Below, in pieces: positions 43,252-57,416 of a DNA stretch of 64,000 nucleotides. The stretch lies in NCBI GenBank assembly GCA_964016885.1, contig OZ024751.1:43772001-43836000 (forward strand). Reading direction: 5' to 3'. The stretch comes from Eledone cirrhosa (Eukaryota). The position numbers were made by a program, and so were the translations under genes. The notes beneath the pieces were generated by a model that had not been told where the DNA came from, ran no database searches, and saw only the letters and a program-made list of their open reading frames with translations. Numbering within the stretch: the first letter of the stretch is position 1; every line of letters begins with the position of its first letter.

Positions 43252-44730
43252 CTAGTTTAACACCACCACATCACATTGACACCTAGTTTAACACCACCAC
43301 ATCACATTGGCACCTAGTTTAACACCACCACATCACATTGGCACCTAGTTTAACACCACCACATCACATTGGCACCTAGTTTAACACCACCACATCACAT
43401 TGGCACATAGTTTAACACCACCACATCACATTGGCACATAGTTTAACACCACCACATCACATTGGCACCTAGTTTAACACCACCACATCACACTGACACC
43501 TAGTTTAACACCACCACATTACATTGGCACATAGTTTAACACCACCACATCACATTGGCACCTAGTTTAACATCACCACATCACATTGGCACCTAGTTTA
43601 ACACCACCACATCACATTGGCACATAGTTTAACACCACCACATCACATTGGCGCCTAGTTTAACACCACCACATCACATTGGCACCTAGTTTAACACCAC
43701 CACATCACATTGACACCTAGTTTAACACCACCACATCACATTGACACCTAGTTTAACACCACCACATTACATTGGCACATAGTTTAACACCACCACATCA
43801 CATTGGCACCTAGTTTAACATCACCACATCACATTGGCACCTAGTTTAACACCACCACATCACATTGGCACCTAGTTTAACATCACCACATCACATTGGC
43901 ACCTAGTTTAACATCACCACATCACATTGGCACCTAGTTTAACATCACCACATCACATTGGCACCTAGTTTAACATCACCACATCACATTGGCACCTAGT
44001 TTAACATCACCACATCACATTGGCACCTAGTTTAACATCACCACATCACATAGGCACCTGGTTTAACATCACATCACATTGGCACCAAGTTTAACACCAC
44101 CACATTACATTGTCACCTAGTTTAACACCACCACATTACATTGGCACCTAGTTTAACACCACCATATCACATTGGTACCTAGTTTAACATCACCACATCA
44201 CATTGGCACGTAGTTTAACACCACCACATCACATTGGCACCTAGTTTAACATCACCACATCACATTGGCACTTAGTTTAACATCACCACATCACATTGGC
44301 ACCTAGTTTAACAGCACCACATCACATTGGCACCTAGTTTAACATCACCGCATCACATTGGCACCTAGTTTAACACCACCGCATCACATTGGCACCTAGT
44401 TTAACACCACCACATCACATTGGCACCTAGTTTAACACCACCACATCACATTGGCACCTAGTTTAACACCACCACATCACATTGGCACCTAGTTTAACAT
44501 CACCACATCACATTGGCACCTAGTTTAACACCACCACATCACATTGGCACCTAGTTTAACATCACCACACCACATTGGCACCTAGTTTAACACCATCACG
44601 TCACATTGGCACATAGTTTAGCACCACATCACATTGGCACCTAGTTTAACACCACCATATCACATTGGCACCTAGTTTAACACCACCATATCACATTGGT
44701 ACCTAGTTTAACACCACCACATCACATTGT
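43252..44730. repeat. 31-bp minisatellite, ~47 copies, in MEK intron 9
   Basis: Unit CTAGTTTAACACCACCACATCACATTGGCAC. Confidence 0.95.
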
Positions 44731-45157
44731 TACCCAATTTCATCACTTTTGATTCCATTGTTGGTAGTCCTCATCCAGAATTTGGTGGGGTTGAGTAATA
44801 TAACTGTTTTCACTATTAAATTTGTGTTTGGAATATAACTTAATAAAGGTTCTTGGATAAAATTATGGAAGGTCTTTAGATGAATATAAACACTTTATAT
44901 TTATACAGCTTTGTATCATAGAACCAGTGGCAGTTTCAGGCAGTTGGACATCAAAAGGGTTAACAAACACACACATGGTATTACATGTTATAGAAAACAT
45001 TTTTTAATGATTTTCAAAATTAAGAACATAATTTTTCTCTCTAATTAATAAAACTGCAATCATCTTTAATGACACATTAGAATATTACTAATAATTTTTT
45101 TTTCTTAATTCTTTTTAATAGTCTTCATTAAAGTTTTAATTTTTTTATTTTTCAAAG

Positions 45158-45203
45158 CTTAAAGAAAAATCCATCAGAAAGGGCAGACTTACAGTCACTG
45201 AAG
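45158..45203 (+). CDS. MAP2K1: MEK1/2 exon 10
   Basis: 46 nt, AAG/GTAAAC boundaries. (C)LKKNPSERADLQSLK. Confidence 0.93.
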
Positions 45204-45503
45204 GTAAACTACTACTACTACTACTACTACTATGACTACTTCTATTACTACTCTCTCTCACATATATAAATCAGGATGGAAGCAGTTTGAAACATTATTC
45301 AACAGATTACTTGATACTTTGGCTGGTAGAGTGGTTATATTATAGGGTCGAGACCCAACAGCAGAGCTCCTGCCGTTTCCAGTTACCTTCCTCACCAGAT
45401 CAGGGTTTTGTGAAGGAGCTGGGTTAGTTGCTGACCACTCGACCATGAAGCAGATTCAACTAAATTACATGGTATGAGTAGCAGGCAGAAACCTAACCCA
45501 ACC

Positions 45504-45536
<33 letters not shown>

Positions 45537-45677
45537 CATACACATACGAAAAGTAAACATAAAACTACAATGAAGATATACATTAGTTTAACGCTTAGGC
45601 GGCATGAATAGACCTGTTTTTTCTATCACTGCTCACTCTCCTCTAACTTTCTATTTCTTCTTTAATTTATCATTCTA

Positions 45678-45713
45678 TTTTCTGATGAAGGACTAGCATC
45701 TGAAACGTTAAGA
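45678..45713 (+). ncRNA. Minimal hammerhead motif, second family, sense within MEK intron 10
   Basis: UUUU-CUGAUGA-A-GGACuagcAUCU-GAAAC-GUU-AAGA, with one helix II mismatch. It lies inside an imperfect inverted repeat spanning 45565..45763. Confidence 0.5.
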
Positions 45714-45968
45714 CTCTTTTCCTACTATATCAAGCATAAAACTAATATATTTCTTCATTGTACTGTGTCATTTACATACACATGTACACACACACACGTG
45801 TATATATATATATATATATTCATTAGTTAAGCAAAACAAGACCACAAATTTCACAAGGAAGACATTATTAAAAGATTGTCAACATAGTTTTAGATTCACC
45901 AATCTCTCTTCTCCTCTCCTATCTCCATCTCTCTTAAGATTGGTTTCTCTTGAACTGTGTATATATAT

Positions 45969-46290
45969 ATCATCATCATCATCATTTCATTTTACGTCCA
46001 CTTTTCCCTGCTTGCAAGGGTGGGACGGGAACTGATTCTGGCTTGATTTCTACAGCTGGATGCCCTTCCTAACACCAACCTCATTTACAGTGAGTGCTGG
46101 GTGCTTTTTTTGCAGTGGAATGATATGGACCCCAGTCCCTATCATCTCATTTCTACAGCTGAGTAAACTGGAGCAATGTGAAATAAAGTGTCTTGCTCAA
46201 GGAAACAACACACATCACCCAGTCTGAGAATTGAACTCACAACCTTTCAATTGCAAGGCCAATGCTCTAACCACTAAGCCATGTGCCTCC
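45969..46290 (-). mobile_element. SINE family A, near full length, in MEK intron 10
   Basis: Reverse complement is nearly identical to 7559..7900 apart from an internal deletion. Confidence 0.85.
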
Positions 46291-46359
46291 ATATATATAT
46301 ATATATATATATTTCATTAAGATGTTTAATGTTTATTTTCTCTGTTTTCTCCACTACAG

Positions 46360-46455
46360 GACCATCTATTTGTGAGGACAGCTGAATCTGAACCTATTGA
46401 TGTCGGATTTTGGCTGTGTAAAGTCATGGATATGGATCCAGAACAACAAGGATGA
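46360..46455 (+). CDS. MAP2K1: MEK1/2 exon 11 (terminal coding exon); protein is 393 aa with 8a or 396 aa with 8b
   Basis: TACAG acceptor. DHLFVRTAESEPIDVGFWLCKVMDMDPEQQG-TGA aligns with the MEK DVD region (HxFI...VDxxxWLC). Confidence 0.93.
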   Translation, partial: DHLFVRTAESEPIDVGFWLCKVMDMDPEQQG

Positions 46456-47229
46456 AGGCTGTTTGATTTCTCCTTCTTCTTCTCCTCCTCCTACTTTCCT
46501 CTTTCTCTCTCCACTCTCTCTCTCTCTCATACACTTAATGGGCAACAATGGAGCTAAGTACAGTTACTGCAATGGTGGTGGTGGCGGTGATGTCAGTGGT
46601 GGTGGCGATGGTGATGTCAGTGGTTGTCAATGGTGGTGGTGGTGGTGGTGGTGGTAGGTGGTAGGTGTTGTAGTACTTCATCAGTTATGAGGCAGTTAAG
46701 TGCAGGAGCTGGTGTGTACTGCAGCAACAGTAGTAATAGTAACAGCTGTAGTAGTGGTGGTGGTGGTGGTGGTGGTAGTGGTGTTAGTAGTGGTAGGTGT
46801 ATTAGTTGTAGTAGTATTAGAAATAAGTAGTAGCTGTGGTGGTGGTGGTGGTGGTGTTTAGTAAGGAGGAGCAATATAAAATTTATATGGCAGCAACAGC
46901 AACAACAATTTGAAATGGTGCTGAGAAACCCATAGGAACTGTCCTAAGAGTTGGTTTTGTTAGGGGTCACATAGCAAACCCATTTTTCTCTCTCTAGGAA
47001 TGTTTTTATTTTACTCTCTGTCCCCTGCTTATAACTTTTGTTGGAAACGAAAATAATAAAAATAATGGTTTCTAATTTAGGCACAAGTCCAACAATTTTG
47101 GAGGAGTGGAAGGTCAATCAAATGGACCCCAGTGCACCACTGGTACTTTATTGTATTGATCCTGTAAGGATGAAGATGGATAATAATAATAATTAAATGG
47201 TGAATGAATAGACAAATATATTTAAAACT

Positions 47230-47680
47230 CCTTCTTCACCCACTCATTCTTGGGAGGATGGTGGGGACGGAGTCCTCAAACACTCCTTCCAGCGGGTCCT
47301 GTCAGAAGCAACCGTTTCCAACTGATCCGGCTGGATCTCTAAACAAGGCCAGCTGATCCCGTGGATGTTGCCTAACCATCTTGCTCAGGGTCTATCCCTG
47401 GATCTCCTGCCAGCTTGTTTTGCCCCGTAAAAATCTGTCCATTGCTTCTTTTCCGAGACCTTCTAACCACATGTCCACAATATCGGAACTGTGATGTCTC
47501 AATTCAGAGAAGTGGTGGCTCTACCTGAAGAAACTCTCTCTGATCTCAGTTTCACAGTCTATCAAGTAATGTTACTCCAAAGCCCCTCCGGAGAAACCCC
47601 ATTTCGGCCACTTGTATTCGCGATCATATTCTTTCAGTCAATACCCAAGATTCATGACCATAGGTAAGGGTTGGCTTTAA
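47230..47680 (-). mobile_element. RTE-like LINE 3' fragment downstream of the MEK stop
   Basis: Minus strand reads LTYGHESWVLTERI*SRIQVAEMGFLRR, and shares GGTTGCTTCTGACAGGA.CCGCTGGAAGGA.TGTTTGAGGAC with the 4530 region. Confidence 0.7.
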
Positions 47681-48589
47681 AACCTTAAAAATATAATTAA
47701 CTGACAATATCAGCAAGTCTTGGGTTCGTCGGAGTGGATTGGGCTGTTGCTGTGTGTGAGATTCCCAAGACTAGTACAACAGTGCCAAATGGTGCTATGG
47801 TGTTCTTCACACAACAACAAACACCACCACCGCTACCACCACAGCAATCACAGCCACTATTGCTGCCACTACATGCACTAACACTATAGCAGTCAGTCAC
47901 AAACACCACCACCACCACCACAACAACAACAATCATAGCCATTACAAATACTACAACCATCACTACTACCACCATCACCTCAACAACCACCACCACCACA
48001 GCAATCACAGCCACTACAATCAACACCACCACACTGGTCATAGCTAATTTCATCCTCTGTTACGAAATAACCAAAAGCCCAAATATAGACATATTTCTTT
48101 TTCTTTTTTAGAAGATGCTTGGCACTCTTGTCGAGTGAGGATCACCCCCCCCCCCCTCATTATTTCAGTCTCAGTCATTTTATTTTTCATTTCTTCTTGC
48201 TTACTGTTTCAACCAATCAACTTTTATGTCTGTCTATAAATATATATATATATAGTCTATATATATACACACTTATGTGTGTCTACATGCACACATTCAC
48301 TAGTTTAACGTATTAAAGAGATATAAAAATTATGTACACACACACACACACACACACCCTGACACGTGCATTTGTAGAGACATACACACATAAACGTTGT
48401 AAACATTGTAAGAATCATATAGTCCCAAATCTCTAGTTATCTTCAGTTGGTGAGTTCCAAACCTTACTTACCTCCAGTTCACCTCTCTAACTTTATATAA
48501 GCTGGCAGAATCTCTTCTCTACCAGAGCTTTTCGAAATATTGCCTTAACCAACAGCAGTCACGGTTTATCTATATCAATATACATACAT

Positions 48590-49145
48590 ACGTACAAACA
48601 CACTCACATACATGTACAAACACATACATGTATAAACACACATGTATAAACACATACATGTATAAACACATACATGTACAAACACATACATGTACAAACA
48701 CATACATGTACAAACACATACATGTACAAACACATACATGTACAAACACATACATGTACAAACACATACATGTACAAACACATGCATGTACAAACACATG
48801 CATGTACAAACACATGCATGTACAAACACATGCATGTACAAACACATGCATGTACAAACACATGCATGTACAAACACATGCATGTACAAACACATGCATG
48901 TACAAACACATGCATGTATAAACACACGCATGTATAAACACACGCATGTATAAACACACGCATGTACAAACACACGCATGTACAAACACACGCATGTACA
49001 AACACACGCATGTACAAACACACGCATGTACAAACACACGCATGTGCAAACACATACATACGTGCAAACACATACATACGTGCAAACACATACATACGTG
49101 CAAACACATACATACGTGCAAACACATACATACGTGCAAACACAC
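48590..49145. repeat. 16-bp then 18-bp minisatellite with ordered variant blocks
   Basis: CATACATGTACAAACA, then CATGCATGTACAAACA, then CACGCATGTACAAACA, then CATACATACGTGCAAACA. Confidence 0.9.
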
Positions 49146-50303
49146 TCTACATACATGCATGCATGCATGCATACAAGCATATGTGCAAACACATACATAC
49201 ATACAAACATACTCACATATACATACATATGTATGTATATTGTGTGTGTGTGGATATATGTATATATATATATGTATATTTGTATATACATTGTATGTAT
49301 ATATTTGTATATATGTATGTGTACATTATACATACATACATACATGTATGTGTGTATGTAGAATTAAAAACTCCAACCTTGTATTCTTAGCAATCTTTTA
49401 TTTCTAATTTCTTGAATTCTCTTTATTAATTTCATTGGGCAGTGATTGGCAGAATTGGTAGAGTTTCAAACTAAGAAATGTCTTTCTGTGTGTTTCTTCA
49501 TTGCCATCCTGCCTGAGGGTCAACATTGCTTTTCATTTCACCTGGGTTAATAAATACAAGTACCGGTTATATACTAATGGAGATGTTGATATATTTGACT
49601 GTTTTTCTTCTTCTGTGACCCCCCCCCCCCTCCTCCAGAAAAGACCCTTTGTGTCTGTGCTTATGTTGACATTTTAATGTCTGGTTTCCCTGCTAGCAAG
49701 GGTTGGACGAGGTATTAACCACTATTTAGGGTTAATGTAATCATTAATTTCATTGGCCTTCATCGTCCTTTAAACCTCAAGATCTCCAGCTCAAGAATGA
49801 TGTGCATGTGCACATGTATGTGTCTGTATGCGTGTATGTGTGCGCACATGTGTGTCTCCGAATAGGATTGGTGTATTGACATTGTAATCACTGTCTGTGC
49901 ACATCCTGATGAGGTGAGTCTAGAGATCTGCAAAAATGTAGATAAAATTTGACCCTAAGGTGGGAGAAAAATGCACACACAATGTATCACTAACAATTAA
50001 TTTAAAAAAAAGAAAAGAAAAAAGATATCAAAGAAGAAATTGGGCAGAAATTAGAAATAAAATATTGTTTTAAATGTTGAATATATATATATGTATTTAG
50101 TCACATATATATATATATCTATATATTAGTTTCATTTGTGTTTGTATCTGTGTAAGCATGTTAAAAAGAGTATATATAATATATGTATGTATGTGTGTGT
50201 ATATATATATACTCACATATATATATTAGTTTCATTTGTGTGTATGTTTGTATCTGTGTGAGCATGTTAAAAAGAGTATATATATCATATATATATGTAT
50301 GTA

Positions 50304-50336
<33 letters not shown>

Positions 50337-50589
50337 GTGTATCATATAAAACTTTAAAAGAGGTGAACTCGCATATAGCTTTGTGTATATGTATATATAT
50401 GTATGTGTGTTTGTTGCTGTGTGTGTGTGTATGTGCTGCTATGTGTGATTGGGGGGTAAATAACTTGATAAAATCCTCTACTCTCTTAAATAATTTGTTT
50501 TTATTTTTCATTCATGTTTGTTTTGGAGGAGAGGCAGAGGAGGAAAAATATCCTTTATTTTACTTGTCTTAATTTGATACCATTCGATC

Positions 50590-51185
50590 CTCTTCCACCA
50601 CCACCTCCACTACTATTGCCTCCACCACCACCACCTTCCCTACTATTGCCTCCACCACCACCACCTCCACTACTATTGCCTCCACCACCACCACCTTCCC
50701 TACTATTGCCTCCACCACCACTATCTTCACTACTATTGCCTCCACCACCACCACTATCTTCACTACTATTGCCTCCACCACCACTATCTTCACTACTATT
50801 GCCTCCACCACCACCACCTTCACTACTATTGCCTCCACCACCACCTTCCCTACTATTGCCTCCACCACCACCACCTTCACTACTATTGCCTCTGCCACCA
50901 CCACCACTATCTTCACTACTATTGCCTCTACCACCACCACCTTCCCTACTATTGCCTCCACCACCTTCCCTACTATTGCCTCCACCACCACCACCTTCAC
51001 TACTATTGCCGCTGCCACCATCTTCACTACTATTGCCTCCACCACCACCATCTTCATTACTATTGCCTCCACCACCACCACCTTCACTACTATTGCCTCC
51101 ACCACCACCACCTTCACTACTATTGCCTCCACCACCACCACCTTCACTACTATTGCCGCTGCCACCACCACCACCACCACCATCT
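50590..51185. repeat. ~27-36-bp minisatellite CTACTATTGCCT(CCA)nCCTTC
   Basis: Direct inspection; source of the poly-Pro ORF artefact. Confidence 0.9.
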
Positions 51186-51394
51186 TCTACCCTGACATCA
51201 TCTTTCTACATGTATAATAGTAGTTGTGTGACAACTGATCTACTGTGATACAGAGACATTCATCCCATTCCCTTCATAAACTGCATTCAATTAGTTTTTA
51301 AACACTTCATTATCACACACACGCACACATTCTCATATACAGACGCACTTTCTTGTATATGCACACACTCTTTCACACATACACTATATTACAT

Positions 51395-52018
51395 TATACA
51401 CCTAACTATACTACACTACACCTAACTATACTACACTACACCTAACTATACTATACTATACTACACTACACTCAACTATACTATACTACACCCAACTATA
51501 CTATACTAAACTAGATTATACTACACTTCACTATACTATACTACACTTCACTATACTATACTACACTTTATTATACTACACTACACCCAACTATACTATA
51601 CTAAACTATATTATACTACTCTCAACTACACTATACTACACTCCACTATACCACATTCAACTATACTATACCACATTCAACTATACTATACTACACTCAA
51701 CTATACTATACTACACCCAACTATACTATACTACACCCAACTATACTATACTATACTCCACTCCACTATACCACATTCAACTATACTATACTACACTTCA
51801 TTCCATTACACTACACTATATTACACTTCACTTCACTCCACTATACTACACTTTACTCCACTATACTACACTTTACTCCACTATACTACACTTTACTCCA
51901 CTACATTACACTTCACTCCATTACACTACACTACACTTCACTCCATTACACTACACTACACTTCACTCCATTACACTACACTACACTTCACTCCATTACA
52001 CTACACTAAACTACACTC
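51395..52018. repeat. Pentanucleotide (ACTAT/ACTAC) satellite
   Basis: Direct inspection. Confidence 0.9.
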
Positions 52019-53976
52019 CCTTCCACACTACTCCTCTCGCGTCTCATTTCAACCAAAAGTCACTCAATCTTACCTCTTTCTCCCCCTCCTCTCTCACCCA
52101 CTTGCCATTTTCCGTGTCTTTGAGAAAGACATTAATGAAAAGAGCACAAAAATATTTTGTCTTCAAAACAAACAAAATAATTTCCTAGAACTTCCCCAAA
52201 ACAATAACTCTTATCTATTGGAAGTTGAAAATAAAATCCCATTAATACTATAATGACCATTGAGGGACACTCAATCTCATCAGCCCCCACCCACCCCATG
52301 ATCTCCTTCCCCCACCCCCACTGCATCTCTCTCTCTCTCTGTCTGTCTGTCTGTTTGTTTGTTTGTTTGTCTCACTGTCTTTCACAATCTCCTGTCATTT
52401 TTAATAGGATATAATTCTGTCTAAGAAATGTATCTAATCAAACCAGCAAAAAACACTTTAATCCATCCACATCAATTATTTTTTAAACTCCCACTCCACA
52501 CACCCTCCAAAAAAAAAACCCTCATCACCTCCACCACCATCATCATTATTAATAAAAAAAATTTTTTTTTTTTTAATATTATTTCTCTCTTCCATTAATT
52601 ACACTTTGTTGTTAATTGTTATTTTTTTTCTCTCACTAATTTTAATTATTTTTTATCGAAATCTTTGATTAAAAATTTCTTGGTTCCATTTTAAATAAAA
52701 AGGAAAGCAAAAAAATCCATTCGCACCTCATTACCGTATTTTATCGTCACCAAAAGGTTTTTTTTTGTTTTTTTTAAGAAACCTCTCTCTCTCTCTCTCT
52801 CTCGATATATTCTTGCCCAAAATCTCTATTCTTCTCAATATCGTTATTGTTATCATCATTATTATTATTATTATTATTATTGGATAACCTGTTCCTTGGA
52901 GAGGAACTTTCCAGGGAACAGAGCCATAATCTCATGAGACATATGAAGACCCAAGACTGACAGAATCGTTGTTATTGCAGTGGTTAACACACCTGCCCAG
53001 CATTCGAAAGATGATCGGTTCAATTCCTTGCAGGTGCGCCTGTCCACTTTTTTTTTTTTTTTTCTTAGTCCAACCCATGCAAGCATGGAAAGTGGACATA
53101 AAAACGATGACGATGACAATGATGATGATGATTAGAGTGTTGGACAACAAAAAATACCTTATGGTATTTGATCCAGCTCTTTACACTCTGTGATCAAATC
53201 TTGCTAAGGTCAATCTTGCCTTTTATTCTTCAAGGTTCAATAAAATAATAAAGTACCAGTTATACACTGGGGTTGGTTTAATCAACTAACCCCCTTCCCC
53301 TTATATCTGTTAATTATTATTATCATTATTATAATTATTATTATTATTATAATCAAGATAGTGGAGTAGCAGAAACAGAAAAGTAGTTCAGAGTTCATTT
53401 CCTGCCGAGGTCAACTTTACTTTTCATCCTTCCTGTGGATCGATAAAGTTTAAAAGTACCAGACAACTATTGGGGGGTCAATATAATCCTCTATACACCT
53501 TCCACCTTGTTGCTTCCTTCCCCAAATTACTGGCCTTGTGTCAATGTTAGAAAGAATTAATGTTGTTATTATTAAGGTGGTGGGTTTGGCAGAATTGTGG
53601 CTTATGTCCTGAGTCCAAATCGTGCCAAGGTTAACTTTGCCTTCTGAGGGTGGTCCATAAAATAAAGTACCACCTACATACTGAGGTTTATATAATGATA
53701 GTTCCTCTCGCATAGTTTTCTGGCTATTTGTCTTTGTAAGAAATTATTACTGATACCTTAGAGGGTGGAGGATTGGAAGTATCAGTAATGTTAGACATGT
53801 TTTGTGGCATAGAGTTATGGCTTTTATGTTCTAAGTTAAAATCCTGCCATGGTTAGCTTTACCCTTATCCTTACAGGGATCGAGAAAAAAACGCACTGGG
53901 GTCAATTTAATTGGCTTTCCCTTCCCCCAAAATTGTTGGCCTTCTGCCTAAATCAGAAACCATTATTATTTGTTAG

Positions 53977-54171
53977 GGTGGTAGATTGGCAGTATCGGTG
54001 GAGGGTCGGACGCCATGTTTTGACGCATAGAGTTACGCCCCTTGCCATTCTGAGTTCAAATCCCGCCGAGGTTAACTTTGCCTTTCATCCTTACGGGGTC
54101 GATAAAATAAAGTACCAGTAATGCACTGGATGATTGCTGGCCTTGTGCCAAAAGTAGAAACAATTATTATT
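53977..54171 (+). mobile_element. Full-length SINE family B with 15-bp TSD, inside a cluster of older copies (53180..54400)
   Basis: GAGTTCAAATCCC B-box, GCCTTTCATCCTTACGGGGTCGATAAAATAAAGTACCAG central block, (ATT)n tail. ATTATTATTTGTTAG is repeated at 53962 and 54163. Confidence 0.8.
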
Positions 54172-55325
54172 TGTTAGAGATGGCGCAAAAGACAAGATTC
54201 TCTGCAGTATATAATTATGTATCTTTATACTCTGGGTTCAATTCCTATTGCAGGTGACTTTGCATTTCATCGTTCCAGGGTCAATAAAATAAAGTACCAG
54301 TCATGTAGTGGGGAAGAAGTGGTGGTGTTGGAGGCAAATTTCAATTGACCACATTGCTCGCCTCGAATTTGTGGCCTTTTGCCAATGTTAGAGATTACTG
54401 CTACTACTACTACTACTATTAAAATACTTCTGTTATATTCTTTCTTTTGTTCATTAAACAGGAAAAAGACAATCTCAATAAGTTGTATTCTCAAGTGTCT
54501 TTCTTTCTGTCTATGTGGCTAGCCTGTTTGTCTGGGCAATTTGACCATTATAGCTGTCTGTCTGGTCAATTTGGCCACATTTCAACTCTCTGTCTATGTG
54601 GCTAGCCTCTTTTGGTCAATTCGATCACATTATAACTTTGTCAATGTAGCTAGCCTCTTTGTCTGGTCAATTTGGCCACATTACAACAGTCTGTGGCTAG
54701 CTTCACCATGTAATAACAATGTCAGTCTGTCTACGTGGCTAGCTTGGCTACATTATAACTGTTTGTCTGTGGCTAGCTTGGCTACATTATAACTGTGTGT
54801 GTCTGTGGCTAGCTTGGCCACAATAAATTAAGTTTAAACATCATAATACAACAAAAATCCAAATTTATTTATCATCATCATTGCTATGCCATGGAATAAG
54901 GGAATATTTTAATGGTTTCTTTTTTTTTTTTTTTCTTTCCTCTTCCTTCTTTGTCTCATGTAAAACTTTGGAATAAATGATTAAAATCTCATATCTTAAT
55001 GCTTTGTTTGTTTATTTTATATCAGATTTTGACAAAAATAGAATTGTTGAGTTGTTGGTTCTAGATTTCCAATTCATTAACAGGTTTGTTGTATTTCTAT
55101 TGGCAAGAGCTACTAGTGTCGAACTTGATACAGAACAAATATCACAAAGGATTACTGGTTAGGTACGGTGTTGTGTATTTGATCTTAAAAACACTTCAAC
55201 TGACTTCACAAAGGATTAGTGGTTAGGTAGAGTGTTGGGCAGATGATCTTAATGTGGGTTTAATTCCTGGACCAGGTGATGCATTACTCTTGAACAAAAC
55301 ACTTTATTTCCTCTAATTCTCTCTG

Positions 55326-55359
<34 letters not shown>

Positions 55360-55612
55360 CCAGCAGTAACTAGGGGTTAACCTTGAGGAGTGGTGTAAAA
55401 CTTGTACAGGAAATCTGGATAAGCTCAGACCTAATGAATGTTTGTTTGTTGCAAACTTGCTTTTGTCTGGACTACTCAATGATTGTATAATTTTGTTCAA
55501 CTAATTAAATATCCAATCAGTGAACTGGGTACTATATCTGTCATAAAAAATTATCTCCAGAAGCAAATATGAAGGCTGTGTAGCTTAGTGGTTAGTAGTG
55601 TTGGACTTATGA

Positions 55613-55789
55613 TAATTGGTTCTATTGGCACAAGGCCAGCAATTACTCAGTACATTACTGGTACTTTATTTTATCGACCCCTGTAAGGATGAAAGGCAAA
55701 GTTAACCTCGGCGGGATTTGAACTCAGAACGGCAAGGGCTGTAACTCTATGCGTCTGACCCCCTACCAATACTGCCAATCTGCTGCCCT
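55613..55789 (-). mobile_element. SINE family B, near full length, inserted into a family A-like SINE head
   Basis: Reverse complement of 53977..54171. Flanked by GCTTAGTGGTTAG...GACTTATGAT on one side and GACTTATGATCA...CTTGAGCAAAAC on the other. Confidence 0.7.
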
Positions 55790-57416
55790 TAATGACTTAT
55801 GATCATAATGCCATGGGTTTGATTCCTGGACTGTGTTGTGTTCTTGAGCAAAACAATTCATTTCACATTATTCCAGGTCCTCATACTCAGCTGAAAATGA
55901 GAACCTGCAATGGACTGGCAACCTGTCCAGGGAATAGAGGAGTCTTGTACTGTTGCTTCACATCACTTTTTACATTGTGTACCTACCTATCTCATTCATC
56001 TACATGTTGCTAGAAAGAGCAACCAAATCTGTAAAATCACATCACACTATCTTACTTATGAGATCATGTGATCTCAGACACTGGAGCTGCATAGATGACA
56101 GGATGGTCACAGCTGGAACATCTGATCATAGGTTTGCTCAGAAGGTTGAACAACCACAACATTATGTTAAGTCACTGTCCAGTGTTGATATACAGTCAAA
56201 GATGTTCCAAATGTGACCAGCTTCAGACCCCACCCCCTTTTTTCCGGACAAAATGTGATTTAAGATTTCCTCGCTTTCCCACACAAAAACTATATTTTAA
56301 GTTTTATATAAAAGAACCAAGAGAGATAGACCTTTATACAGCATGTTCTATATTATACTTCCCCACTCCCTTTCTATTAGAACTTAGTCTTTCTCCATTT
56401 GCCATTTTTACCTCAGGAGTTACAAGCAGTTAGAATACATTTTGTACATGAATTGTTGTGGGCTGCATCTGCACTAAATTTTGTGAAGATTTATTGAGAA
56501 ATGGTTGGCACTGTTTCAAGAAAAATATTCATACATACTGAAAAATAAAATACAAAAACAAGATTGAACAATGAAAACAAGTTTCATGTTTTTTTTTTTA
56601 TACTAAGTTATTATTACATATCAGAAAAGACATCAGTGAGATGTCTATATAATAAACGGTTCAGTTCGATTTGGTTTGTTCACAAAAAAAAGGTAGGCAC
56701 AAAGATTTGAGTAGGAAATCCGTAGATTATCCTCCCCCCCCCCTCCTCCCCCACAAACATACCAATATTTAACTTTGTAAAAACTATCCAAAATTTATTT
56801 TTCTAAATTAAAATAAATGCTTAAAATCTCATGCTTTCGATATATATATAAACACATATACATTACGATTGCCATCTTTAATATGCCAAAAACTAAGACA
56901 TTTGGATGTTAGCGTCCAGAATGGATGGCTGGAAACTGGAATGGTTTGTTCCATTTGTATAGCTTCATTCAGAATACATATAGATATATGTATATATATT
57001 CATTTTACTAAGGCTAAATATTGAGTCTTGTTACTCTGGAATTTTGCCTGTTTGTCAGGATGAACAAAACTCAGTATTTACTCTTAATAAATGAATATTA
57101 AAACTCTACTTCGGTACTCTTTTCCTTCGGCCGTCAACCACATATGGATATATATATATATTTTGAAATAGCAATAGAAGCTATTTCAATTCTAAACTTC
57201 ACACACCGTATTCCAAACATACTTCCATATATATATGTATGTAGGGCCCCAGCTTGGGTTTAAAGCATTGGCTGGAATAAGTAAAAAAAATTATATATAT
57301 ATAAATGAAAATGGCAAGTGGTTTTAATCAATCCAAGTTGGGTTAAAACCACCATTGGTTACTGTGAGGTAGTGAATTGTCCAAATACCTCAATTAAATC
57401 CTTACTCTACAATCAA

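Noticed and set aside
43252-44730. CRISPR-like appearance of the 31-, 37- and 27-bp arrays
   Set aside because: Head-to-tail units without unique spacers, eukaryotic context, no cas genes.
49901-49943. Further hammerhead-like remnants (also 13144..13175, 6830..6880, 57020..57072)
   Set aside because: Core is incomplete (GAAA decayed to AAAA, or CUGAUGA broken). Probably dead relics, so not called as ribozymes.
50514-51248. Formin-like poly-proline ORF
   Set aside because: CCA-based minisatellite; no flanking domain or splice support.
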